Part shown: one piece after another, positions 43,064 to 52,256 of the stretch
Numbering within the stretch: the first letter of the stretch is position 1
Layout: each line of letters opens with the position of its first letter
NCBI GenBank assembly: GCA_014730165.1
Contig: WJIS01000079.1
Span: forward strand, 1 to 54,313
Direction: 5' to 3'
Source: Promethearchaeota archaeon
GTDB taxonomy: Archaea; Asgardarchaeota; Lokiarchaeia; Sigyniarchaeales; SOKP01
Length of the DNA stretch: 54,313 nt
Notes under the pieces: model-generated
The model's input: the letters and a program-made list of their open reading frames with translations, nothing else
Databases searched by the model: none
What the model was told of the DNA's origin: nothing
Position numbers and translations under genes: made by a program

Positions 43064-45739
43064 ATGACAAATTTACGGAAGAATTATTTTATAGTATTAG
43101 ATAGAGATAATTCAAAACGGAATGAACTGGTTTATGATGTTAATTTTTTCTATTTAAAATCATTAAAAAGAAGTAAGAAAAAATCTTTCTCCTACATCAG
43201 TAAACCATTCTTCAGAGGACACGTAATATTTGGTCTGGATTTTAAAGATAAACTGCGTCCTTTAAGATTTGAAAAGATTCAAAAGGACGGAGAGATAACG
43301 CCGGTTGATCCAAAGTTATTTAAAAAGTTTCTTATTGCTGATGAGAATAAATATATCGCCTTTTCCTCTCAAGCTTCTTATGAGGAACAAAAACCCATTC
43401 TTGATATGCTTAGCAGTTTTCAAATTGATAAATCAAAAGTCATTAAGTTAACTTTTTGTAAAGCATGTTTAGATGATAAGAAATTTAAAATCTTAGATAA
43501 GGGACATCAAATAAAATCTTTTAAAAACAAAATCCTCTGTCCAAATTGCGCATTAGATATAGTTTTACGACAAGCAAACATTAGAAATTTAGTTAGTAAT
43601 GAAAGATTTAGCCCAAAATTGAAGAACTTTTTTCGACATCTTATATTGAAATTTAAGGATATTCATAAAGTATTAGATTCATTCAAACCAGGATTTAATC
43701 CATCAAAAAATAAGGATATAACATTATATGATGTAGAAACAAATACTCCAGTAAATAAAAAATACCTGAACTTTCATGTGGATGATCTTAACATTCAAAA
43801 GAAATTCAAAAAACTTCTAACGGATTATAAAATCACAAAACTCTTACCCATACAAGCTTTAGCTGTTGAGAGGGGTTTACTTACAGAATTCAATGATCAA
43901 TTGATTATGGCCCCAACCTCGGGAGGAAAAACACTGGTAGGTGAATTAGCGGGAGTTTCTAATGCCTTGAGAAACAAGAACGATAAAATGCTTTATTTAG
44001 TCCCTATCGTTGCTTTAGCAAATATAAGGGAAGTTGAGTTTAAAGAAAAATATAGCAAAATTGATCTCAGAGTTATTAAAAAAGTCGGGGAGTCGTTATT
44101 AGATAAGAAAAATATAGATAATCTAGAAGATCTAAAAGACTCGGATATTATTGTTGCAACATATGAAGCAATTGATTACATTTTAAGGAGTGGTAATAAA
44201 AGTATATTAGGGAAAATTTCAACAATAATTATTGATGAAATCCAGACTTTAATAGAACCAGAACGGGGATTTATCCTGGACGGATTAATCTCACGATTAA
44301 AATCAATTTATAAACAATCGCAATATCTCTATTTAAGTGCTACAATTGGAGAACCTGAGATTCTAGCTAAAAAACTCGGGAGCCAATTGATAAGATATTC
44401 TAATCGCCCTGTTCCGATAGAACGCCATCTATTGTTATGTCAAAATGAAAAAGTGAAGCTTCGATATATTACAAAATTAGTAAGATCAGCATTTTCTGTA
44501 AAATCGGAATATGGATTCAAAGGACAAACTATTATATTTACTAACGCTCGAAAAAAATGTGAATCTATAACTACTTATCTCAATAATAAAGGTATTTGGG
44601 TACGTTCTTACCATTCCGGATTAACAAATGAAGAAAGAAAAATAATCGAAAAAGAGTTCCAAACTCAGAAAATATCTGGTGTAGTTGCGACAGCAGCTTT
44701 AGCAGCGGGGGTAGATCTACCGGCAAGTCAAGTTATATTTGAATCATTAGCTATGGGAATAAAATGGTTGACAGTAGCAGACTTCGAACAAATGCTCGGC
44801 AGAGCAGGTAGATTAAAAAAACATAAATTGGGTAGGGTTTTTTTATTAGTTCAACCCGAGAAGATTTACTCACCAAAAATGGAGATCACTGAAGAAAATA
44901 TTGCTATTCGATTATTAAACGGGAAAATTAGAGATTTTGAGTTAGAACCAAATGAAGATCGTTCTTTAACAGAGTTGTTAGCTTTTATTTCTATGCATAA
45001 TAAAGGTATCTCGAATTATGAAGTAGAGGGATTTTATAATTCTCTAATCAATGGAGAGTATGAAATCAATGCAATGATAAATAAATTGAAAAATATGAAA
45101 CTAGTTATTGAAAAAGAATCTAGATTTATTCAGATTACAGATTTAGGTAGAGCTATAGCCAAATCCTTCTTTACAGTTGAGAAAAGCTTCGATGTAATCC
45201 AAATGATTAAGAATAAAAGCCAATCCATTAAAGAAATTGTATTGAACATCAGACCCTTGAGGAATGTCTATTTGTCAAAATCCGTGGTTGCTGACTTATC
45301 AAAAAATGTCAATATGAAATATTTCTCTAATAACTTTTTTAGCGCTTCAGTCCTTAGTTTAATGGATGCTGAATATGTCAAGAAGAGAAAGAAGTTTTCA
45401 CGTGGATTTATCGATCTTATCTTAAAATGGATTAATGATATCTTTATTTGTTCATGTAAAGAAAATCCATATTGTGAATGTGGAAGGTTAAACCTTGAAA
45501 AAATTATTCTTGATTTGAGGATTGAGGATAAGATGTCTGTTGATGAAATATATCAGTTTTTAGAGGATGAATATCAGATTCTTATTTTTAAAGGGGATCT
45601 AATTGACTATTTAGAAAGTCTAATTTATTCTTTTGAGAGTATCAAAAATATAGTTGACGGAATTCCTAATTTAAGTTCTCAATATGAAAGAGAACTACAA
45701 GAAATCCCAGAGATCGTTAAGAAAATTAAAGGTATATGA
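43064..45739 (+). CDS. Archaeal superfamily II helicase (COG1202-type, DUF5814-like C-terminus)
   Basis: LLPIQ, APTSGGKT, DEIQ, LSAT, RPVP, YHSGL, TAALAAGVD, QMLGRAGR; C-terminal CSCKENPYCECG. Confidence 0.92.
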   Translation: MTNLRKNYFIVLDRDNSKRNELVYDVNFFYLKSLKRSKKKSFSYISKPFFRGHVIFGLDFKDKLRPLRFEKIQKDGEITPVDPKLFKKFLIADENKYIAFSSQASYEEQKPILDMLSSFQIDKSKVIKLTFCKACLDDKKFKILDKGHQIKSFKNKILCPNCALDIVLRQANIRNLVSNERFSPKLKNFFRHLILKFKDIHKVLDSFKPGFNPSKNKDITLYDVETNTPVNKKYLNFHVDDLNIQKKFKKLLTDYKITKLLPIQALAVERGLLTEFNDQLIMAPTSGGKTLVGELAGVSNALRNKNDKMLYLVPIVALANIREVEFKEKYSKIDLRVIKKVGESLLDKKNIDNLEDLKDSDIIVATYEAIDYILRSGNKSILGKISTIIIDEIQTLIEPERGFILDGLISRLKSIYKQSQYLYLSATIGEPEILAKKLGSQLIRYSNRPVPIERHLLLCQNEKVKLRYITKLVRSAFSVKSEYGFKGQTIIFTNARKKCESITTYLNNKGIWVRSYHSGLTNEERKIIEKEFQTQKISGVVATAALAAGVDLPASQVIFESLAMGIKWLTVADFEQMLGRAGRLKKHKLGRVFLLVQPEKIYSPKMEITEENIAIRLLNGKIRDFELEPNEDRSLTELLAFISMHNKGISNYEVEGFYNSLINGEYEINAMINKLKNMKLVIEKESRFIQITDLGRAIAKSFFTVEKSFDVIQMIKNKSQSIKEIVLNIRPLRNVYLSKSVVADLSKNVNMKYFSNNFFSASVLSLMDAEYVKKRKKFSRGFIDLILKWINDIFICSCKENPYCECGRLNLEKIILDLRIEDKMSVDEIYQFLEDEYQILIFKGDLIDYLESLIYSFESIKNIVDGIPNLSSQYERELQEIPEIVKKIKGI

Positions 45740-45754
45740 ATCAACTAAAAATAA

Positions 45755-46933
45755 TTATAAAATATGGATTTCTACTATATCCTCGTCCTTAAGTTTATAT
45801 TCTAATCCCACTCTCTTACGTTCTTGTCTTGCTCCTTCTCTAATAACCGTTGCAAAATCAAACTTCTCAAGGAATGACCGATGAATCTTTAAAGCAACGT
45901 CTCTAACTTTTGCTCCTTTATTAACTAATAATGGTTTTTCAGCAACTATACCCGCATTCATAGTATAAATCTTTATTTTTTCAAGATAATTCAATATAAT
46001 TTCCCCAAAATTATCGGGAAACATTGCTTTCTTCACACTGGTACCGATGATAATTGGAAATTCATCGCTATACTGATCTTCCATCAATTCGAATTTCTCC
46101 TCTGTGTGAGGTAGATCCCCCTTAGTTCCTATTAAAATTGCCTTCTTATATACCATAGATGGATTTAGAGTATCAAGAACTTGATCAATAGTTATCTTCC
46201 CATTAACTTTTACTACACAATTTACTATTCCATTTGCTCTAATAATTTCTTTAATTCTATCCGTTAAATCTATTATTTCTTTTGCTTGTTTTGTAAGATA
46301 AAAGATTTGGATTTTGTTCGAACCCGTCTTTTCAATATCTAACGGCGGAGGTTCTTCATTAATCCTGATATCCGCGTTTGAAAGTTCAGTTTTTAATAGA
46401 CTTAGCTGTTGACCTATATTTCTAGTTAAATCAATACAGATACAAATTAAATCACATGCTCGGATTTGAGCAAGAATTTCTTTACCATTTCCTACACCTT
46501 TTGAAGCATCTTCCATGATTGCGGGCATATCTACAATTTGAAATCCTATTCCTTCATACTTATAAATCCCTACTTCCGGTAATGCATTAAAACTACCGAT
46601 CTGATCTTTTGCAGCACCTGTAAGAAAATTAAGCAGAGCTGTTTTTCCAACTCCAGGATTGTAATAATCACTAATAAAAATTAATTGTATCCCTTCTTTT
46701 TTTATCGAAAAAGGACTTACCACTTTCGCAGTGGATTTTCGCTTCCTATCTTCTTTTTCCCTTTTTAGTTTTGCTAATCGAGATTTATTAAGAGCTACAA
46801 TTTTCTCAGTAGCTTTATGTTTTGGAATAAGTGAAAGGAATTGTTCCAATTTTTTTATTTTCTCATCAATCGATGTTGCGTCAAGATATTCTTTATACTT
46901 TGCTTGTGCTTCTGATCCGATATTGGAAGACAT
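45755..46933 (-). CDS. DRG/OBG-family GTP-binding protein with TGS domain (degenerate G motifs)
   Basis: PKHKATE, FSIKKEG, PGVGKT, QIVDMP, GKEIL...RACD, TKGD, KIH..F..A...RVGLEYKLKDEDIVEI. Confidence 0.88.
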   Translation of the reverse strand: MSSNIGSEAQAKYKEYLDATSIDEKIKKLEQFLSLIPKHKATEKIVALNKSRLAKLKREKEDRKRKSTAKVVSPFSIKKEGIQLIFISDYYNPGVGKTALLNFLTGAAKDQIGSFNALPEVGIYKYEGIGFQIVDMPAIMEDASKGVGNGKEILAQIRACDLICICIDLTRNIGQQLSLLKTELSNADIRINEEPPPLDIEKTGSNKIQIFYLTKQAKEIIDLTDRIKEIIRANGIVNCVVKVNGKITIDQVLDTLNPSMVYKKAILIGTKGDLPHTEEKFELMEDQYSDEFPIIIGTSVKKAMFPDNFGEIILNYLEKIKIYTMNAGIVAEKPLLVNKGAKVRDVALKIHRSFLEKFDFATVIREGARQERKRVGLEYKLKDEDIVEIHIL

Positions 46934-47109
46934 TTCAAATTCCTTGAGAAAATATATTGTTTTTATAACCTAATTAAATAAAACATCCATATTAAATAAT
47001 CATAGACTACAAAAAAAAATTAATATCTACTTTAAGGATCGATATAATAATAAAGATTTAAGACTTAGAATAACAAATCCTAAAACATTTTTAAAAATCT
47101 AAAAAATAA

Positions 47110-47571
47110 TTAGAATATTGAACGAAATCGATCTTCGGTCTTCAATCGGAGATCTCCAAGAACATCATCTATTCTGGTTGTAAATCTCTTTTCAAAATAT
47201 TTCTTCTTTTTAGAAAAAATATCATTACGCGGAAATCTATTTAAAAAATGAGCATTAATTTCTTTTAGATGTTTTTTAACCACATCTGTTTCTGTTTCCT
47301 TTTCGATTATAGCATAATATAGTAATGGTTGAGTATTATCCTTTTCTTCTGAACCAGGTAAAGCTATTAAGTCCGAATAACAAACTAATTTAAATGATGC
47401 TAATGAAACAACATTAATATCATCACCAAAGACCTCAGAGCTGAAACTTTCTAATGCAGAAAGAAAACCAGCACGTAAATTAGGATCAAGAACATTATCA
47501 GAAGCAGAATAATACTGTCTCTCAAAAATATTTCTATTACCTAAATTAATACCTAATTCGAGTATAGCCAT
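47110..47571 (-). CDS. Longin-like domain protein
   Basis: Beta-beta-alpha-beta-beta-beta-alpha-alpha pattern with DPNLRAGFLSALESFSSEVFG and LKEINAHFLNRF. Confidence 0.7.
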   Translation of the reverse strand: MAILELGINLGNRNIFERQYYSASDNVLDPNLRAGFLSALESFSSEVFGDDINVVSLASFKLVCYSDLIALPGSEEKDNTQPLLYYAIIEKETETDVVKKHLKEINAHFLNRFPRNDIFSKKKKYFEKRFTTRIDDVLGDLRLKTEDRFRSIF

Positions 47572-47762
47572 ATCATCTACTCTTGCTTTCTTTTTTATAA
47601 GAACTGAATTAACTTAAAATTCCTACTACAATAATTTCATTTTATACTTATAATTTTAATTATTCAACTAGTATAATGATTATTTATTAAGACATATAGA
47701 GTCCAATTTTAAAATGAATGTTATTTAATTCCTCTTAAGTAAGGGAGTAAAATATTTCTATT

Positions 47763-48620
47763 TTACGAGTTGAATTGATTTTTAAAACAAATTAATGTAT
47801 TCTGCATTAGTGATGCAACTGTCATCGGACCAATCCCCCCCGGATTAGGAGTAATTGCATATGCTTTCTCAAATACCTCGTCATAATTTACATCACCACA
47901 AAGCTTTCCATTAACTCTATTTGTACCAACATCGATTAATACTACGCCTTCTTTAATTTTTTCTTTAGTGATAAAATTTGGATGTCCAACAGCAACAATC
48001 AGTATATCCGATTGCTTCATAAAATTTTCGATATTCTTAGTTTTTGAATGGCATATTGTGATTGTAGCATTTCTATTTAAAAACATAAAAATCAAAGGCT
48101 TCCCAACGAGATTTGATCGATTGATTATTGTCACATTTTTTGATTCGATCTCTATATCATAATGTTCCAATAATGTGATAATTCCTTTTGGAGTACATGG
48201 CGCTAAGGTTTCCTTATAATCAAACAATTTTCCTCTATTTATATAAGAAAATCCATCAACATCCTTCGAGGGATTAATCTTTTGGATAATCTTATTTGTC
48301 TCCTTTCTCAAGGGTTCTGGGAGGGGTAATTGTAGCAAAATAGCATGAACATTATCATCTTTATTTAATTCTTCGATTTTATGGATAAGCTTCTTAGAAG
48401 AAATATTTTCATCTAAGGAAATCATCAAAGAATTTATCCCCACCTCCTGGCACGTTCTATGCTTAATCTTAATATACACTTCAGAGGCAGGATTAGTTCC
48501 AACTAAAATTGTTGCTAAACTTGGTGTATGTCCAGTTTCTTGTTTTATTTTTTTTATCTCTTGAGATAATTCAGAATTTAATTTGGAGGCTAATTTTCTT
48601 CCATCCAGAATTATTGTCAT
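47763..48620 (-). CDS. folD: Methylenetetrahydrofolate dehydrogenase/cyclohydrolase
   Basis: LDGR, LATILVG, LLQLPLP, KDVDGF, PCTPKG, RSNLVGKP, ATITICHS, DVG, TPNPGGIGPMTV. Confidence 0.97.
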   Translation of the reverse strand: MTIILDGRKLASKLNSELSQEIKKIKQETGHTPSLATILVGTNPASEVYIKIKHRTCQEVGINSLMISLDENISSKKLIHKIEELNKDDNVHAILLQLPLPEPLRKETNKIIQKINPSKDVDGFSYINRGKLFDYKETLAPCTPKGIITLLEHYDIEIESKNVTIINRSNLVGKPLIFMFLNRNATITICHSKTKNIENFMKQSDILIVAVGHPNFITKEKIKEGVVLIDVGTNRVNGKLCGDVNYDEVFEKAYAITPNPGGIGPMTVASLMQNTLICFKNQFNS

Positions 48621-48645
48621 AATAAATCAAAAAACTTTTTATTGT

Positions 48646-49728
48646 TTATATTCTACGTTTTTGCCAGTAATATGCAATAAAAGCAATTACTACCCCTATA
48701 ACTCCAAGCACAATTAGAAGTATTATCCAGTTGAATTCTACAACACCAATATTTTCATTCAGAGAAGAAATTGCATCTAACTCAAAAAGTGTATTGAATG
48801 CATAATATGAAGAGATAACGCTGGATTGCTTTTGAGCAAGATTTTGAGAACTTGAGAATCCACCATCTAAAGTGGTTTGTTGATCTAATATCCATTCTAT
48901 GGTTTTTTGACGATTAGGAATTTCAAGAGAATTCAATAGTGTTAATGCTTTAATTGCTTGAAATGTGCTACTGATGAGACTGACATCTGATTCTGAAGAT
49001 GAAACATAACCACCATCGAAATTATGGAAGCTCTTAAGATATTCTACTGTTTTAGTTGAATTAGAAAAGTCTCCCAATGTACCAAGCTTAAATATTAGGA
49101 GCGTCGCAAAGTATGTATTTGATAACTTTGATGATAAAGAAGAATTCCCTCCATACCCGCCATCCTCAGCATTATAACATGAATTTATCCAGTTCTTATG
49201 GATTGAAGTACTATTAATATTTGCATTGATTAAATCGTAAGATTCCAAAGCGAAATACGTAGAAGTTAAACTAGGAGCTTTAGTTCCATTTGTGGGAGAA
49301 AAACCTCCACCAGACTTTTCGGTTTGATTGAGATAAATCTCCACTTTTAATAATAAAGATGATGAAAGTGATGCTCCTAATTGATCAATTGAGTTTAGGA
49401 GATGATAAACATCATAAATAGGAACTACTTCATCTGTAAGAATTGATTCTAGGGTTGACTTTAAATTATTTCCTAATTCTGATTGACTAAACCCTTGTGG
49501 AAATACATTATAATAATATAAAATATCTAAAGCATAATTAGTAGATTCATATGAGACGACATCGTTCACGATTCCATTAGAAAATCCATCATCAGAAACA
49601 TATGTAGAATTTATAAAATCTACTAAATATACACTTCTTAATTTAGCAACGGATAACGGAGTAAGTAGTAATAATACGAGACTTACTACTGAAATAATTG
49701 AAATTTTTTGAAACTTATTCTTCAACAA
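48646..49728 (-). CDS. Prenyltransferase/squalene-oxidase repeat protein with signal peptide and C-terminal TM anchor
   Basis: Repeats DDGFS, GGGFS, DGGYG, DGGYV, DGGFS each followed by S/N-(T/S)-Y/F-x-A; hydrophobic N-terminus; C-terminal TM + RR. Confidence 0.82.
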   Translation of the reverse strand: MLKNKFQKISIISVVSLVLLLLTPLSVAKLRSVYLVDFINSTYVSDDGFSNGIVNDVVSYESTNYALDILYYYNVFPQGFSQSELGNNLKSTLESILTDEVVPIYDVYHLLNSIDQLGASLSSSLLLKVEIYLNQTEKSGGGFSPTNGTKAPSLTSTYFALESYDLINANINSTSIHKNWINSCYNAEDGGYGGNSSLSSKLSNTYFATLLIFKLGTLGDFSNSTKTVEYLKSFHNFDGGYVSSSESDVSLISSTFQAIKALTLLNSLEIPNRQKTIEWILDQQTTLDGGFSSSQNLAQKQSSVISSYYAFNTLFELDAISSLNENIGVVEFNWIILLIVLGVIGVVIAFIAYYWQKRRI

Positions 49729-49743
49729 GAAAACCTCTAATTC

Positions 49744-49769
49744 ATTTTACAAATTTAATTTTGTAAAAT
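49744..49769. promoter_or_regulatory. 26-bp near-perfect palindrome just upstream of the prenyltransferase-repeat gene
   Basis: ATTTTACAAA (49744-53) / TTTGTAAAAT (49760-69). Confidence 0.4.
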
Positions 49770-49825
49770 CTATCTTTAAATTAAAAATTAACTAGATCAG
49801 AGCAAGAAATTAGAAAATTTGAAAA

Positions 49826-51364
49826 TTAGGAGGAAAATACTTGGGAAATATCACGATATAGAACATCTTTGTTTGCTTGAAATTCTTCTTGAGTAATAAA
49901 TAGATTTCTAAATGAGGGTAGACTTCCTAATATCGCAGCACCGTTAAAAATAGCATGAAGTAGATTATTAGGTACAAAAAATTTGATAATTTTTCTAGAT
50001 TTATCAGTGGAATCTTCAAACTCACTCGCAACACTAGGGATGGTGGGCGTGCTTTTTGGGGGAGGTGCACTCTCAAGCTTTTTATCTTCCAAATTAAAAC
50101 CACAATAAGGGCAAAAGGCAGAGTCTTTATCTTTAATTTCCTTATTACATAAGGGACATTTAATTACTCCTTTAGCAGTATCAGGATTTTGCGAGTCAAT
50201 GTCTAAAGATATCTGAGGTAAATTAAGATCAGCATCACATTGAGGACATGTTGTTTTCCCATCAGATAAATCAACTAATGTTCCACATTTCGGACAGTTA
50301 TCTTTATCCTTTTTAGCTGCGGTCATAACAGGTTTCAATTGATTTGCTTCATTTTTATTAAACTCATCTTCATGGGGCTTAGGAATTTCTCCTAATTGAG
50401 GTAATAATCGATCAAGTTCAAATTTAAGTCGTTCTTCGAAACCACTATGCATTAAGTTTCCTCCAGAAAGCACTATATGGGAGAGTAGATCTCCCCAATA
50501 ATCCCGATCTATACTTTGTAGACAAGAAATAACCGCATTTGCTACATTTTGAGAATTTGAACCGATCATAGTAGGTTCAAATAAAACTTCAGGAGCTTCA
50601 TAGAGGATGTGATGAGGTATTTCCACGGTTGAACCATCCGGCATTGGATATGAGATGTTATCTCGTTGAATTTCTGGAGGATTATCTGGATCTAATACAA
50701 AATAGCAATTCTTTTCCTTCAATTCCTTGATTATTTCATCTGACGCTGATGATGATAGACTTATTCCCTCTCTCATCATTAATGATTTCAGATTATGACT
50801 TATATCCATACCAGCTAAATTTAATCTTTGAACAGATTTATATATTATTTGGCCATTAATAATTGGGACAATCCATGTTGTTCCATCTCCACTCTCTATG
50901 ATCAATCCAGTTGTGAGCCCAACAGAAAAACAAGAGAGGATTGGAGAAGGGACCATTATAATACTCTTAACTTGATGTGTTTCATACAAAACTCGTGCTA
51001 CAAATTCTTTAATCTCGTTAGAGACAAAAGGAGCTTCTACATATAATATGGGATAATTCTCAAAACTTTCTATTCTTAGGAGATTATAGAAAATATGATT
51101 TAAGATTTGGTAAAACTCATCCCAATCCATTATATTTCCACGTTGGATAGGATGTGATACTTTTAATACTCCTCTCATACGCATAGCATCTTCTCCTACA
51201 TACACATTTCGTGCATCCACATCTACCATAACAGAAGTGTATTTTTCAGTTCCAGTAATACATGGAAAAATATATCTTGGTTCAGATTCTCCAGCAAAAC
51301 CAACTTTCACATACGCTGAACCGAGATCGATTATAATTGGTGTTCCAGAGGGAGGTAATGACAT
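49826..51364 (-). CDS. Actin-family protein with internal double zinc-ribbon insertion
   Basis: IIDLGSAYVKVGFAG..P..IFP, YVGEDA, PIQRG..MDWD, IESGDG...VPI, LAG.D, LKEK.CY, MPDG, APEVLFEP, IVLSGG...GFEERL, GAAILGSL..F....IT.EEF. Confidence 0.95.
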   Translation of the reverse strand: MSLPPSGTPIIIDLGSAYVKVGFAGESEPRYIFPCITGTEKYTSVMVDVDARNVYVGEDAMRMRGVLKVSHPIQRGNIMDWDEFYQILNHIFYNLLRIESFENYPILYVEAPFVSNEIKEFVARVLYETHQVKSIIMVPSPILSCFSVGLTTGLIIESGDGTTWIVPIINGQIIYKSVQRLNLAGMDISHNLKSLMMREGISLSSSASDEIIKELKEKNCYFVLDPDNPPEIQRDNISYPMPDGSTVEIPHHILYEAPEVLFEPTMIGSNSQNVANAVISCLQSIDRDYWGDLLSHIVLSGGNLMHSGFEERLKFELDRLLPQLGEIPKPHEDEFNKNEANQLKPVMTAAKKDKDNCPKCGTLVDLSDGKTTCPQCDADLNLPQISLDIDSQNPDTAKGVIKCPLCNKEIKDKDSAFCPYCGFNLEDKKLESAPPPKSTPTIPSVASEFEDSTDKSRKIIKFFVPNNLLHAIFNGAAILGSLPSFRNLFITQEEFQANKDVLYRDISQVFSS

Positions 51365-51560
51365 TTAAATTCAATATTTAACAAGTTATTTTTTAAAAAT
51401 ATATTAAACTATGATTATCACAATAATTTAATTTTAACCTTTTAATTTTTTCTTTTCAAGAGTTAAGGTTTGATTTAAATATGTGTTATAATCTAAATTG
51501 ATAAGTATTCTATATGACATAGACTAAGCATAAAAAACTGATCATTAGAAATAATAAAAA

Positions 51561-52111
51561 GTATATAATAAAATGGGTTATCAACCTCTATAATTCCTTT
51601 TTCATGACTCATTGTGAATAAATCACAAGATTTTTTCCCCTGGATGAGGAGGAAACATTAGTTTTAAAGTTTCCCACCTATGACAAGAGCCACCTTTCTG
51701 TGATATAAAGTTTTTCATATGGAAATGACCTACTTATGTAAAACCTTTTCATTTCTATTATAGAGGACTTTAAATAATCCATTTTAAAATATACCTTGAA
51801 AACTCTTTTTCTTACTTTTCAGAAAAAAGGTTTACACAAATAGATCAAGTGTAGGAGTGTGCCTTTTAAAGGTTTATATCGCTAAATATTTTCTATCCTA
51901 TTTATATAAGTAAAACAAGATAGGTGAATGTTGTTTAACCAGTTTATAAAAATATATGTTCTTTTTTTTGTTACACTTTTGTAAAATCAATTATGTTGAT
52001 CACCCCAATCAAACTATGTTCGAAAAAAAATGAGAGAAACTTCTTTTGAATGAGGAGAATGATTTCGAAGTCTGGGGATCGGAATTTTGAATAGTTTTAA
52101 AAGAATGTATA
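51561..52111 (+). ncRNA. Candidate large structured non-coding RNA (unidentified family)
   Basis: No long ORF. Nested stems 51594-605/51644-54, 51612-17/51623-28, 51675-81/51920-26, 51700-09/51873-82, 51729-33/51851-55, 51737-49/51825-36, 51953-65/52099-111, 52003-07/52073-77, 52019-25/52063-69, with G-U pairs on the + strand. Confidence 0.6.
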
Positions 52112-52256
52112 AATTTAAGAGAATTTACAATTTTTGATATTAGTTTGAATTATTATAAGTCTGAAAGAATTCATATTAATTTAATAATAGTTGAAAAGTA
52201 TGGAACCTATAGTTAAAATATAGTATAATTTTCACTATTATCAAATATATATTGCT

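Noticed and set aside
52019-52080. SECIS element or C/D box sRNA
   Set aside because: ATGA/TGA motifs are present, but there is no proper upper stem and no canonical CTGA D box, and I saw no in-frame TGA selenoprotein nearby.
51561-52214. Identification of the structured region as RNase P RNA, SRP RNA or a group I/II intron
   Set aside because: Only fragments resemble the consensus (AAAGTTTCCCACC on +; AAAGTCC and CACAGAAA on -). There is no matching CR-V/P4 partner, no SRP helix-8 motif and no intron D5 or P7 core. A very divergent member cannot be excluded without cmscan.
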